From Candidatus Hydrothermarchaeum profundi (GTDB lineage: Archaea > Hydrothermarchaeota > Hydrothermarchaeia > Hydrothermarchaeales > Hydrothermarchaeaceae): DNA of 64,000 nt. The position numbers and the translations under genes were made by a program. Under the pieces are notes generated by a model. The model worked only from the letters and a program-made list of their open reading frames with translations, was not told the DNA's origin and made no database searches. Position 1 is the stretch's first letter. Every line of letters starts with the position of its first letter. Location of the stretch: NCBI GenBank assembly GCA_002011125.2, contig MTMF02000009.1, positions 1,734,788 to 1,798,787 of the forward strand, written 5' to 3'. Positions 29,425 to 37,887 of this stretch are shown here, piece after piece.

Positions 29425-30042
29425 TTATTCGCCTTTCCTTTCAAGATACGCATACGCTAGGATGAAAATTAAGGCTTGAAAAGCGCCTATATACACGCCC
29501 TTTATCTTAAAGAGATATACTGCGAGAGGATTTGCAAGAGGAAACTCCCCTAACCAAATTAGTCCATATGGTGAACCAAGCAAAGAAGACTCTACACCTC
29601 CTGCTAGCTTTGCTGCTAACCATGGTATCGTATAAAGTTGCGCTCCAATTGCTACTCCGACTAATATCATAAAGGCGGTAATCAGATAATTAAGGCTTCC
29701 TTCGCCTATTCTTGCGAAACTGCTTATTACGCAACCCCCCGCAATAGCCATACCTATGCCGAAGATAACGCCTCCAACAACACTATACCAGCCAGCAGGC
29801 ATATTAGTGGGTCTTAATACTCCAACCGTCATAAAGAACGTATAGAAGAAACTTGTGGTACCAAGTATCATAAGAGTCATCTTTAGATTTCTATCTATCC
29901 TAAAAAGGATGTAGTCCCGTATTGCACCAGTCATGCAGAACCTGGATCTCTGAACTAGAAAGCCTAGTATAAACCCGAAGAATGCCGCAGAGATATAATG
30001 GGCCGGATTTGACATTATCTCCGCTATTGCACTCATTTTCAC
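29425..30042 (-). CDS. YeeE/YedE sulfur-compound transporter, N-half type
   Basis: GFLVQRSRFCMTGAIRD, GGVIFGIGMAIAGGC. Confidence 0.88.
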   Translation of the reverse strand: MKMSAIAEIMSNPAHYISAAFFGFILGFLVQRSRFCMTGAIRDYILFRIDRNLKMTLMILGTTSFFYTFFMTVGVLRPTNMPAGWYSVVGGVIFGIGMAIAGGCVISSFARIGEGSLNYLITAFMILVGVAIGAQLYTIPWLAAKLAGGVESSLLGSPYGLIWLGEFPLANPLAVYLFKIKGVYIGAFQALIFILAYAYLERKGE

Positions 30043-30560
30043 AGCCCCATTTTTTTCTCGTAATATTTAGCCCCTATATATGTGCCTATAATTAATCCAA
30101 TCCCGGCGAGATAGGCTCCCAGAGCTATCTGGGGGAGGGAGTTTAAAAAAGTTCCCACGTTACAAGTCGTAATAAAAACGATTCCAATTCCCATTAATAT
30201 CCCCCCCACTATTGACTCTGGAAGGCTGGACTTATCTACTCTTATTCCAAACTCCTCTGACAATAAAGCTGCCACAAAGCTTCCTAACACAAAGAAGAGG
30301 AGAGTGACCGCTACATCCAAATTTCCAGCAAAAATACTCCAGTGTGGATTTCTCAATACAAATTTTTCACCGATAAACGTAGTTAGAATAGTCTGATCAA
30401 CCCATCTAAGAGCGCTAGCAAAGGCCCATGCCTTTCCATAGCCTAATGTTATGCCTGTTTCGGTTTTGAAGGGTATAACTAAAAAAACTAGGACAATGCT
30501 GATGAGTACGCCTCCAACCTTGTAGTCAAGTGGTTCCTTAAATAATGAGCGTAATCCCAT
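30039..30560 (-). CDS. YeeE/YedE sulfur-compound transporter, C-half type
   Basis: LGSFVAALLSEEF, GGILMGIG...TCNVG. Confidence 0.82.
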   Translation of the reverse strand: MGLRSLFKEPLDYKVGGVLISIVLVFLVIPFKTETGITLGYGKAWAFASALRWVDQTILTTFIGEKFVLRNPHWSIFAGNLDVAVTLLFFVLGSFVAALLSEEFGIRVDKSSLPESIVGGILMGIGIVFITTCNVGTFLNSLPQIALGAYLAGIGLIIGTYIGAKYYEKKMGL

Positions 30561-30777
30561 CCTAGTCCTCCTCCATTAAATTACGAGTGTAAGGAATGTG
30601 TGTATTTAAGGTTTTCTATTAGTCTTGGTTGTGTAAATTTTTTAATATCCAACCTAAATAATTAATATTCTACTTTAATTAGAAAAAATTTAAATAATCC
30701 AAAAAAAAATAAAATTATACCTTCTAAATTAAGGCTTGTATAAATTATGTACATGAAAAAAAGTAGGTGTGTAAATT

Positions 30778-31335
30778 ATGGATGAGAAGGATTGCACCAT
30801 ATACGAAATGCTAAATGAGGATGGAAGGAAAAAAATCGTAGAGATAGCAAAGGTTATTGGATTCTCGCCTCCTTCGACAAAAGAACGTGTAGAGAAGTTG
30901 ATTAAAAATAAAGATATAAAAGTTAAGGCTCTTTTAAACGTTCAAAAGAAAAAATGGAAGACCGCTGTCTGTAATATACAAGTTTCAAGCATGGAAGAAG
31001 CCCTTAAGCTAGCAGACACTTTCAAGAATTGTCCTAGAGTGATTTTCGCAACAACTATGACAGGAGCTTATAATCTTATACTAATATTAGTAGCTAAAGA
31101 TACTGCTGTCCTTGAATCTGCTATTGAAAACGGCATCCGACCTGTAAGCTCAATAAAAAAACTGGACATCTCTATAGGAGAAGCCCCAATTTTACCGGGG
31201 TTTCTTGATATAAGAATAAACCCTGTTAGTAAAGAGCCTCCCTGCGGCGAAAAATCCTGTTCAGAGTGCTATCTCTACGAAAGGAAATGTGATGGATGTC
31301 CGGCAACAATATATTGGAAAGGCCTTAGATCTTGA
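30778..31335 (+). CDS. Lrp/AsnC regulator with Cys-rich C-terminal tail
   Basis: Lrp HTH and RAM domain; tail PCGEKSCSECYLYERKCDGCPAT. Confidence 0.85.
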   Translation: MDEKDCTIYEMLNEDGRKKIVEIAKVIGFSPPSTKERVEKLIKNKDIKVKALLNVQKKKWKTAVCNIQVSSMEEALKLADTFKNCPRVIFATTMTGAYNLILILVAKDTAVLESAIENGIRPVSSIKKLDISIGEAPILPGFLDIRINPVSKEPPCGEKSCSECYLYERKCDGCPATIYWKGLRS

Positions 31336-31395
31336 GCCAAGATAATATTTAAATAAAGATTTTTCCTAAAGTATTGAGGTAAAGGAGGATTAGCT

Positions 31396-31653
31396 ATGCC
31401 GGAGGTTGAAATTCCGAAGATTGGGAAAGTTAATGTTTCTAGAGTAGTAGACTGCACAGGACAGGTGTGCCCAAAGCCACAACTAGAAGCCAAAAAGGCG
31501 TGTAAAGAGATGGTTGAGGGAGAGATAGTGGAAATGCTTATCACTAACCCTGCCTCAATTGAGGCGGTACCTAAAATTATCACTAAGTCTGGTTGTTCTG
31601 TATTAGGAACAATAAAAGACGGAAATACATGGAAACTGTACTTTAAGAAGTAG
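31396..31653 (+). CDS. tusA: TusA-family sulfurtransferase
   Basis: VDCTGQVCPKP. Confidence 0.85.
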   Translation: MPEVEIPKIGKVNVSRVVDCTGQVCPKPQLEAKKACKEMVEGEIVEMLITNPASIEAVPKIITKSGCSVLGTIKDGNTWKLYFKK

Positions 31654-32392
31654 AAACCTCCTTCCAAATATGCTCGAAATAGTTCCTGTACAGCTTGATG
31701 CACCCAGGGTTTCTATTATATAAAGCAAAGTAGTAGTTAGCTGGATCCTCAGACGCCAGTATAAGCTCCTTATCATCCACTATGACAAAACGAGAGTGAT
31801 CATGCTCGAAGTCCTTGATCTCTGCGTTAAGCTTTCTTAATTTTTCCTTACATTCCTCATCAAACATTCCCATGGCTTTTATTTTAACTCCTGAGTTACT
31901 GGCTTTTCTCAGAGAAGCTTCTATCTCTCTAGTTGTTATTGGCTGTATACCTACTACATATACCTCTTTCTCCGCTCTTTCTATCATCTCGATAAGTTTT
32001 TTTCTGACGTTTTCTTGTCCCCGTATAGTCCAAATCATATCTTCCATAGATTCAGGACTCTCTTTTTCTTCATAGATAGGCCCTATCTTGGAGATTAGAT
32101 CTTCTACCACTTTTATCCGGATATCACATTCTCTTTTCAAAACTTTTCGCGGATCAACTGCCCTATATCTTTTAGGTCTGCCAGGTTGAGATTCGACAAA
32201 ACCCATTTCCTCTAGATTATCTAAGATATCGTACTCTCGTGAGTAGGGTATACCGGCAGATTCTCTTATTTCTTTAACGGTTGAAGGCCCTCTAGTTACT
32301 AGGGCGATATACGTTTTTGCTTCATATTCTGTTAAGTCAAAGAGCTTGAGTATATCGACCCACCGCTGATCTATACCAAATTTTTTACTCAT
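31643..32392 (-). CDS. TrmB-family transcriptional regulator
   Basis: LTEYEAKTYIAL, SAGIPYSREYDIL, GRPKRYRAVDP, PLD-like C-terminal domain. Confidence 0.88.
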   Translation of the reverse strand: MSKKFGIDQRWVDILKLFDLTEYEAKTYIALVTRGPSTVKEIRESAGIPYSREYDILDNLEEMGFVESQPGRPKRYRAVDPRKVLKRECDIRIKVVEDLISKIGPIYEEKESPESMEDMIWTIRGQENVRKKLIEMIERAEKEVYVVGIQPITTREIEASLRKASNSGVKIKAMGMFDEECKEKLRKLNAEIKDFEHDHSRFVIVDDKELILASEDPANYYFALYNRNPGCIKLYRNYFEHIWKEVSTS

Positions 32393-32460
32393 TTTCAAGT
32401 AAAAAATAGAAAGTTTTATATATTTAAATTTTACTTAATTTTAAGTAAATTGAGGGAGAC

Positions 32461-32700
32461 ATGATGGCGGATATTACTCCAGACGAGGTACTTGATTGTA
32501 GAAAACTTGTATGTCCTATGCCTGTTCTCAAGACCAAGAAAGCCGTGAAAGGCATGCCTGCAGGGAAGATCTTAGAGGTCCTAGCTACTGATAAAGCGGC
32601 ACCAAAAGATATTACAGCATGGGCTAAAAAAGCGGGAGTGGAAGTACTTAAAATCGAGGGAGATGAAGAGTTCAAAATATACCTCAAAAAGAGCGAATGA
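32461..32700 (+). CDS. tusA: TusA-family sulfurtransferase
   Basis: LDCRKLVCPMPVLKTKKA, LEVLATD, DI.AW. Confidence 0.9.
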   Translation: MMADITPDEVLDCRKLVCPMPVLKTKKAVKGMPAGKILEVLATDKAAPKDITAWAKKAGVEVLKIEGDEEFKIYLKKSE

Positions 32701-32924
32701 ATATGCCTTATAGTCTAGATTTAAGCCGTGCCAAGTGCCCTATGGTTGTCTACAATCTTAACAAAGAAATGAGGAAACTAAGCTCGGGAGAAGTCTTGGA
32801 AGTAGTAGTAACAGATCCTGCAGCAGAGAAGGACATTCCGGCTTGGTCAAGAACCACAGGAAATGAGATTATTGAAACTATAAAGACTGAGAATAATATA
32901 AAATTCAAGATAAGGAAAAAATAA
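32697..32924 (+). CDS. tusA: TusA-family sulfurtransferase
   Basis: LDLSRAKCPMV, VTDPAAEKDIPAW. Confidence 0.87.
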   Translation: MNMPYSLDLSRAKCPMVVYNLNKEMRKLSSGEVLEVVVTDPAAEKDIPAWSRTTGNEIIETIKTENNIKFKIRKK

Positions 32925-32935
32925 GGAGGTTTAAA

Positions 32936-33412
32936 ATGGCGGAAGAAAAAAAGAAGAGGATAGCAATAATAGCATCTAAAGGAACTTTAGATATGGCTTA
33001 TCCTCCCCTAATTTTAGCTACTACGGCTCTATCTATGGATATGGAAGCAGGGATATTCTTTACTCTCTATGGTATTAACATTCTCAGGAAAGATAAGCAG
33101 GAATCCCTTAAAGTAGCTCCATTAGCAAATCCAGCGATGCCAGTTCCGGTACCAAATATAATGGGCGTGATACCTGGCATGACGGCTATGGCGACATCTA
33201 TGATGAAGGGCTGGATAAAAAAGATAAACTGGCCAACAATTCCTGAGCTACTTGAAATGTGTGTAGAGGAAGGTGCGAGGCTGATAGCCTGCTCGCCAAC
33301 AATGGAAATGCTAGACCTTAAAAAAGAAGACCTAATTGATGGCGTAGAGATAGCAGGAGCTGCCGACTTCTTAGAATTTGCATCAGAAGCAGATATAACC
33401 CTATTTATCTAA
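32936..33412 (+). CDS. DsrE2/DrsE-family sulfur carrier
   Basis: IIASKGTLDMAYPPLILA, FFTLYG, LIACSPTM, AGAADF. Confidence 0.88.
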   Translation: MAEEKKKRIAIIASKGTLDMAYPPLILATTALSMDMEAGIFFTLYGINILRKDKQESLKVAPLANPAMPVPVPNIMGVIPGMTAMATSMMKGWIKKINWPTIPELLEMCVEEGARLIACSPTMEMLDLKKEDLIDGVEIAGAADFLEFASEADITLFI

Positions 33413-34384
33413 ATCCTCCAACATCATCGCTAGACCATAACACGGTAAATTCTCTGGAGCACAGATAGTTTCGGATAAGTCCACGTACTCTAGACGCAGG
33501 CGATTACTGGCCTCTTCTGCTAATACAGACCCAACACCGCATCCATAGACTCTATTCAACTCATGTCTTCTGGAAACATTCATTAAAGAGGTAGAGATAA
33601 TTTCAACCTGTTTTTCATGGAGATATCGACAGATTTTTTTTAAGACATCTTCGCCTATATCCTCTAAATCCGAGCATAAAAGTCTCGCAATCCGTCTCAT
33701 TGAGTCTATTTTCCCTTTTCCCTTTTCATCGGGAGTATCGCAGGAGTACTCTGCAATCATGCCCAAAATATTATATACATCCGCTGTGATTGCGAAATAC
33801 TCCGAGGATATAGGTAAGAGCCCCCCTCTATAAGGTAGTTTATCTGTTATAGCTGGCACAGGAGTTCTTAAAAAACCAGTATAAACCAGCTCTCCACGCT
33901 CCAGCCTCTCTAGGTCATTTTTTCCAGTTAATATTTTTCCTTTGCTAAAGGGCAGAATATCTGTCGTAGTTGACCCCACGTCTACGAGTATGCCCATGCC
34001 GAACTTTTTTTCCATGTAATAGAGGCTTGCAACCCAGTTTGCAGCGGCGAGTTCTAATGGATCCTTAACTTCATCTCGATAAAGCAGCCTACGACGAATA
34101 GATAAGTAGAGTGGATGCTCCATTACATTTTCACATGCTTCGAGAATATACTCCACCCCTTCTCGGCGGCTGTTGAATACGTCGCTCAATTCAGCTGTCA
34201 TAGTAACCGCTATTTTGTCTGCCTCTTCCATTATGCCCCCTAAGAATCTAGCAAACTCATCTTTTTTCCTCCAGAAGGGGAAGTAGTGTATGTGACTTCG
34301 GATTTTACCCTCCATAAGCACCAACTTCTTTGTGTTAGCTCCCCCTATATCAAAAGTCAAAATCTTCAATCTATCATCTCCCAC
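33401..34384 (-). CDS. mfnF: Methanofuran biosynthesis protein MfnF (hydantoinase/H4MPT-linked family)
   Basis: DIGGANTK, TMTAELSD, AAANW, DVGSTTTDI, ELVYTG.LRT, SEYFAITAD. Confidence 0.85.
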   Translation of the reverse strand: MGDDRLKILTFDIGGANTKKLVLMEGKIRSHIHYFPFWRKKDEFARFLGGIMEEADKIAVTMTAELSDVFNSRREGVEYILEACENVMEHPLYLSIRRRLLYRDEVKDPLELAAANWVASLYYMEKKFGMGILVDVGSTTTDILPFSKGKILTGKNDLERLERGELVYTGFLRTPVPAITDKLPYRGGLLPISSEYFAITADVYNILGMIAEYSCDTPDEKGKGKIDSMRRIARLLCSDLEDIGEDVLKKICRYLHEKQVEIISTSLMNVSRRHELNRVYGCGVGSVLAEEASNRLRLEYVDLSETICAPENLPCYGLAMMLEDLDK

Positions 34385-35316
34385 GAGATTGAGTATCCTC
34401 CGTAGGATACATAGCTGCCTGTTACCGTGCCCTTCTCCTTTTTTAGATATACGCTTTTTTTAGGCAGATATTTATTAATCTCCTTGCCGTGATAATTTCG
34501 TAGGAGTAGCTCCGATATATTGAAGCCGTATACGTCATTTAAAGCTATTATGGGCACAGTAGGTCTTGGATTGATCTCTATAATATTTACCTTCTCGTTT
34601 AGAACAAAGTCGACACCTACATAGCCAAATAGACCCTTTATCTTCTCAGCGGCACTAATTATATCCTCAACGTTCTCTAAGTTGAAAGGTATTTTAGCTC
34701 CATGATACTTGAAGTCCCTTATCTCTTGGGTATTAATGCTTATAACGTGAACATCATCTCCTATTATCAGGCTTGCACTACAAGCTTTCCCAGGTACGTA
34801 TTCTTGTATCAGGTAGCCTCTCGGGACTCTGCGGAGGTCACTTTCACTTTTTATTAGCGAAACGCCCTCACATGATACTCCATCTCTTGGCTTTGCTATA
34901 GCCGGGAGGTCTATGCTTGTTTTCCCATCGTAGATCTCGGTCTTAGGCATATATTTTTTGAGCTTTTTATATGTCCTATACTTGTCTCCTGCGTCCAAGA
35001 TCCCCTGGGTATTCGACCCCAGATTAGGACAGTCGATTTTCTCAGCCATCAAGGTGAGGTCATAAAGAATATTGTCGGTTTCCGGTGCAATTATTAGGCA
35101 GTAGGCAGCTTTTCCCAAGTATTCTGCAAACTTATCCCTATAGTCACTCACCTTGGGGTAGTTGAAAAGGGGTATCCGTCTGTCAATAAAGGTATATACA
35201 TCTTTAAAACCGTCTAAGAGTATCTTAAACATTCCAAGTCCTTCCACCGTTATAGAGGGCTCCAGCTCCTTGAAAGCTCCGCATGTAGCATACTCAAAGA
35301 GGAAAACATGCTCCAT
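34366..35316 (-). CDS. mfnD: ATP-grasp tyramine--L-glutamate ligase (MfnD)
   Basis: LFEYA, EGLGM, IIAPE, KPRDGVSC, QEYVPG, GYVGVD, EINPR; coupled to mfnF. Confidence 0.83.
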   Translation of the reverse strand: MEHVFLFEYATCGAFKELEPSITVEGLGMFKILLDGFKDVYTFIDRRIPLFNYPKVSDYRDKFAEYLGKAAYCLIIAPETDNILYDLTLMAEKIDCPNLGSNTQGILDAGDKYRTYKKLKKYMPKTEIYDGKTSIDLPAIAKPRDGVSCEGVSLIKSESDLRRVPRGYLIQEYVPGKACSASLIIGDDVHVISINTQEIRDFKYHGAKIPFNLENVEDIISAAEKIKGLFGYVGVDFVLNEKVNIIEINPRPTVPIIALNDVYGFNISELLLRNYHGKEINKYLPKKSVYLKKEKGTVTGSYVSYGGYSISWEMID

Positions 35317-35454
35317 GTTGAATGTTTTGGATTATAATTAAAATTATTATGCTTAGCGGTTGAAAGCTATGGGTTATGTTTATCTATTTTTGAGAATTGA
35401 GTTAATTTTATAGGGGAGAAGATTCCCTAGATATGAACGGAAGGAGAGTAACGT

Positions 35455-35979
35455 ATGCTCGGTGTCAGCATAAAGGAGTGTATGACCAGAGAAGTGATCA
35501 GTATTGATGGAAAGACTTCGATTCGAGAACTTGCTAAAACCATGAGAGATCATGGGATTAGTTGCGTCGTACTTCAGAGGAATGGAGAGCCCTGCGGAAT
35601 AGTAACTGAAAAGGACTTAGTGAGGAAATGCATAATCGAGGGTATAGACGCAAATTCTAGCTCCTTTAAAATTATGAGTTCTCCTCTCATAACTGTAGAT
35701 GGGAACATAGCTCTTACTAAGGCAAGTAAACTCATGGAAAAACATGGGATCAGGCGACTTGTCGTAACCGACCAGGGGAGAGTTGTAGGCATTATAACGG
35801 TTACAGATATCCTAAGAATCTCTCTTAAGCTTGTCTCAGAATTTTCTAGGACCTTTGAGGAAATAGAAGAGCTTTTGAAAAATCTTTTCAAGATAGCTGA
35901 CTCAAGCATAGAGATACTCGAGAAGATGCAGGAGTTCAAGAAACTGAGGGAGAGGTTAGAAGAGCTGGAGAGGAGGTAA
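35455..35979 (+). CDS. CBS-domain pair protein
   Basis: GIVTEKDL, IMSSPLITV, IRRLVV, GIITVTDI. Confidence 0.88.
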   Translation: MLGVSIKECMTREVISIDGKTSIRELAKTMRDHGISCVVLQRNGEPCGIVTEKDLVRKCIIEGIDANSSSFKIMSSPLITVDGNIALTKASKLMEKHGIRRLVVTDQGRVVGIITVTDILRISLKLVSEFSRTFEEIEELLKNLFKIADSSIEILEKMQEFKKLRERLEELERR

Positions 35980-37320
35980 CTATAGTCCTATACCGAAGTA
36001 TTTTAAACCTGTGGTAGCAGTTTTATTAGGATCTAAAATCCTCCTTCCATCAACAATAACCCCTGGTTTTTTCATTACCTTTGAAAGCTTTTCTAAATCT
36101 AGGCTTTTGTAGACATCGTGGTCTGTTAAAATCACAAGGCAATCTGCTTCTCTTGTTACCTCAATTATATCATTGGAAAACTTTCCTCCGAAATCCTGAG
36201 TTACAAGAGGGTCATGGGAAAAGACCTCGCATTTTTTCATAAGTTCCTCTATCACGGCCTTAGAGGGGGTATTCCTAACATCATCGGTATTACCCTTATA
36301 AGCTACTCCAAGTATCGCCACTTTTGAATTCTCTACTCTCTTGCCTGTAGCTTTCAAAGCTCTCTCAATAATTTCTAAGAGGTGCTTAGGCATAGACTCG
36401 TTGAGTTCTCTGGCAGAGGTTATCACTTTCAACTCTAATCCCAGTTCTCTTGCTTTGTCTATCAGGAAATACGGATCCTTAGGTATACAATGCCCGCCAA
36501 CTCCCGGTCCAGGCATATGAAGGTTTACCCGCGGATGCTTATTAGCGAGGCTTATAACTTTCATAACATCTACGCCGAGCTTTTCGCAGAGGAGGGCGGT
36601 CTCATTGGCGAGAGCGATGTTCACATCTCTATACGTGTTCTCTATGAGTTTAACTACCTCAGCTGTAGCGATATCAGTGGTAAATACTTCCCCAGAGGTG
36701 ATGTTAGAGTATAATTGTTTAGCTAGGATAGCGCTTTCTTCGTTTATGCCTCCGACTATTCTGTCATTTTTCTGAATTTCCTCTAATGTCTTTGTGGGGA
36801 TGGCTCTCTCTGGAGAATATGCTAAGAAGTAGTCTTTCCCTGCAACGAGACCGCTTTTGTTTAGAATGGGTATGGCAAGATTTTTAGTTGTACCGGGCGG
36901 TAGAGTGCTTTCTATTATAATAAGCATTTTTTTACGCAGGTTTTCAGAGATGGTTTCTAGAGCTTTTTTTAGGCAGCTGAGATCTGGCTTCTTATTACCG
37001 CCAATAGGTGTCTGAACCACGATTAATATGACATCGCTTTTTTTAACTACCTCGCGGGTATTTACCGTAGCGACAAGTCTTCCTGATTTCACCGCCTTTT
37101 CCACAAGCTCTGGAAGACCTCTCTCATTTATTGGTGCTTTTCCCTGATTTACCTTATTGACTATTTTGCTACTGATATCGCCCCCTAAGACAGTATATCC
37201 TCTGTCAGCGAGAATTGCTGCCATAGGCAGGCCAACATATCCTAGACCTATAACGCCTATTTTGCAAGACTTATCGCTGATCTCTTTCTTAGTAACCATC
37301 GCTCCAAATCTAAGCATCAC
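35980..37320 (-). CDS. wecC: Nucleotide-sugar dehydrogenase (UDP-ManNAc dehydrogenase, WecC-like)
   Basis: GLGYVGLP, ESTLPPGTT, SPER, KLIENTYRDVNIALANE, PGPGVGGHCIP; true start may be ATG 37299. Confidence 0.88.
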   Translation of the reverse strand: MMLRFGAMVTKKEISDKSCKIGVIGLGYVGLPMAAILADRGYTVLGGDISSKIVNKVNQGKAPINERGLPELVEKAVKSGRLVATVNTREVVKKSDVILIVVQTPIGGNKKPDLSCLKKALETISENLRKKMLIIIESTLPPGTTKNLAIPILNKSGLVAGKDYFLAYSPERAIPTKTLEEIQKNDRIVGGINEESAILAKQLYSNITSGEVFTTDIATAEVVKLIENTYRDVNIALANETALLCEKLGVDVMKVISLANKHPRVNLHMPGPGVGGHCIPKDPYFLIDKARELGLELKVITSARELNESMPKHLLEIIERALKATGKRVENSKVAILGVAYKGNTDDVRNTPSKAVIEELMKKCEVFSHDPLVTQDFGGKFSNDIIEVTREADCLVILTDHDVYKSLDLEKLSKVMKKPGVIVDGRRILDPNKTATTGLKYFGIGL

Positions 37321-37887
37321 ACCTATTTTAAGCTTTCCGGTGAAATTGTTCCGGGGCGAAGATTCATTTAGCGGTATACTGCTCTTATTTTAAAAAATAT
37401 GTCTTATAACCATTTCTAACCATTTCTAATGCCTTTTTTATATTTAATTTTCTTATAAAATCATTTTTATTATTATTTTTTTCTAAATATACTACATAAT
37501 AGCATTATACGGTCTTTAAGCAATATTAAAATCGCTCTTAGTTCATCATTAGTAAGCGGTAAAAAGAGTTGGAGCCAAGAAATACTTTGATATTTGAGGC
37601 ATTAGCGGCGAGAGGATTCCCTAGCGCAATAGTGGATGTACAAGATACCAGAAGTCCTCGTGGCTCTAGCAGTCGAGCCTGAGAGATGGGAAGAAGCATA
37701 CCTATATACTCTAGGAACCGTAGCTGCAGTTGTCCCTGATTTACAAAAAAATTACTGTTATGCAAGTCTCTGAGGAAGGAGAGCTTCTTAGAGAGATGAG
37801 CGCTTCAACAAGTGAGGTAGATGCACTTAACTATAAAATCTCCTTAGATGACCTGAAGTCACGTTTAAGCGGGGATACATAGCACTA

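Noticed and set aside
37538-37880. Short ORFs between wecC and the RM gene
   Set aside because: No SD or motif support and interrupted frames
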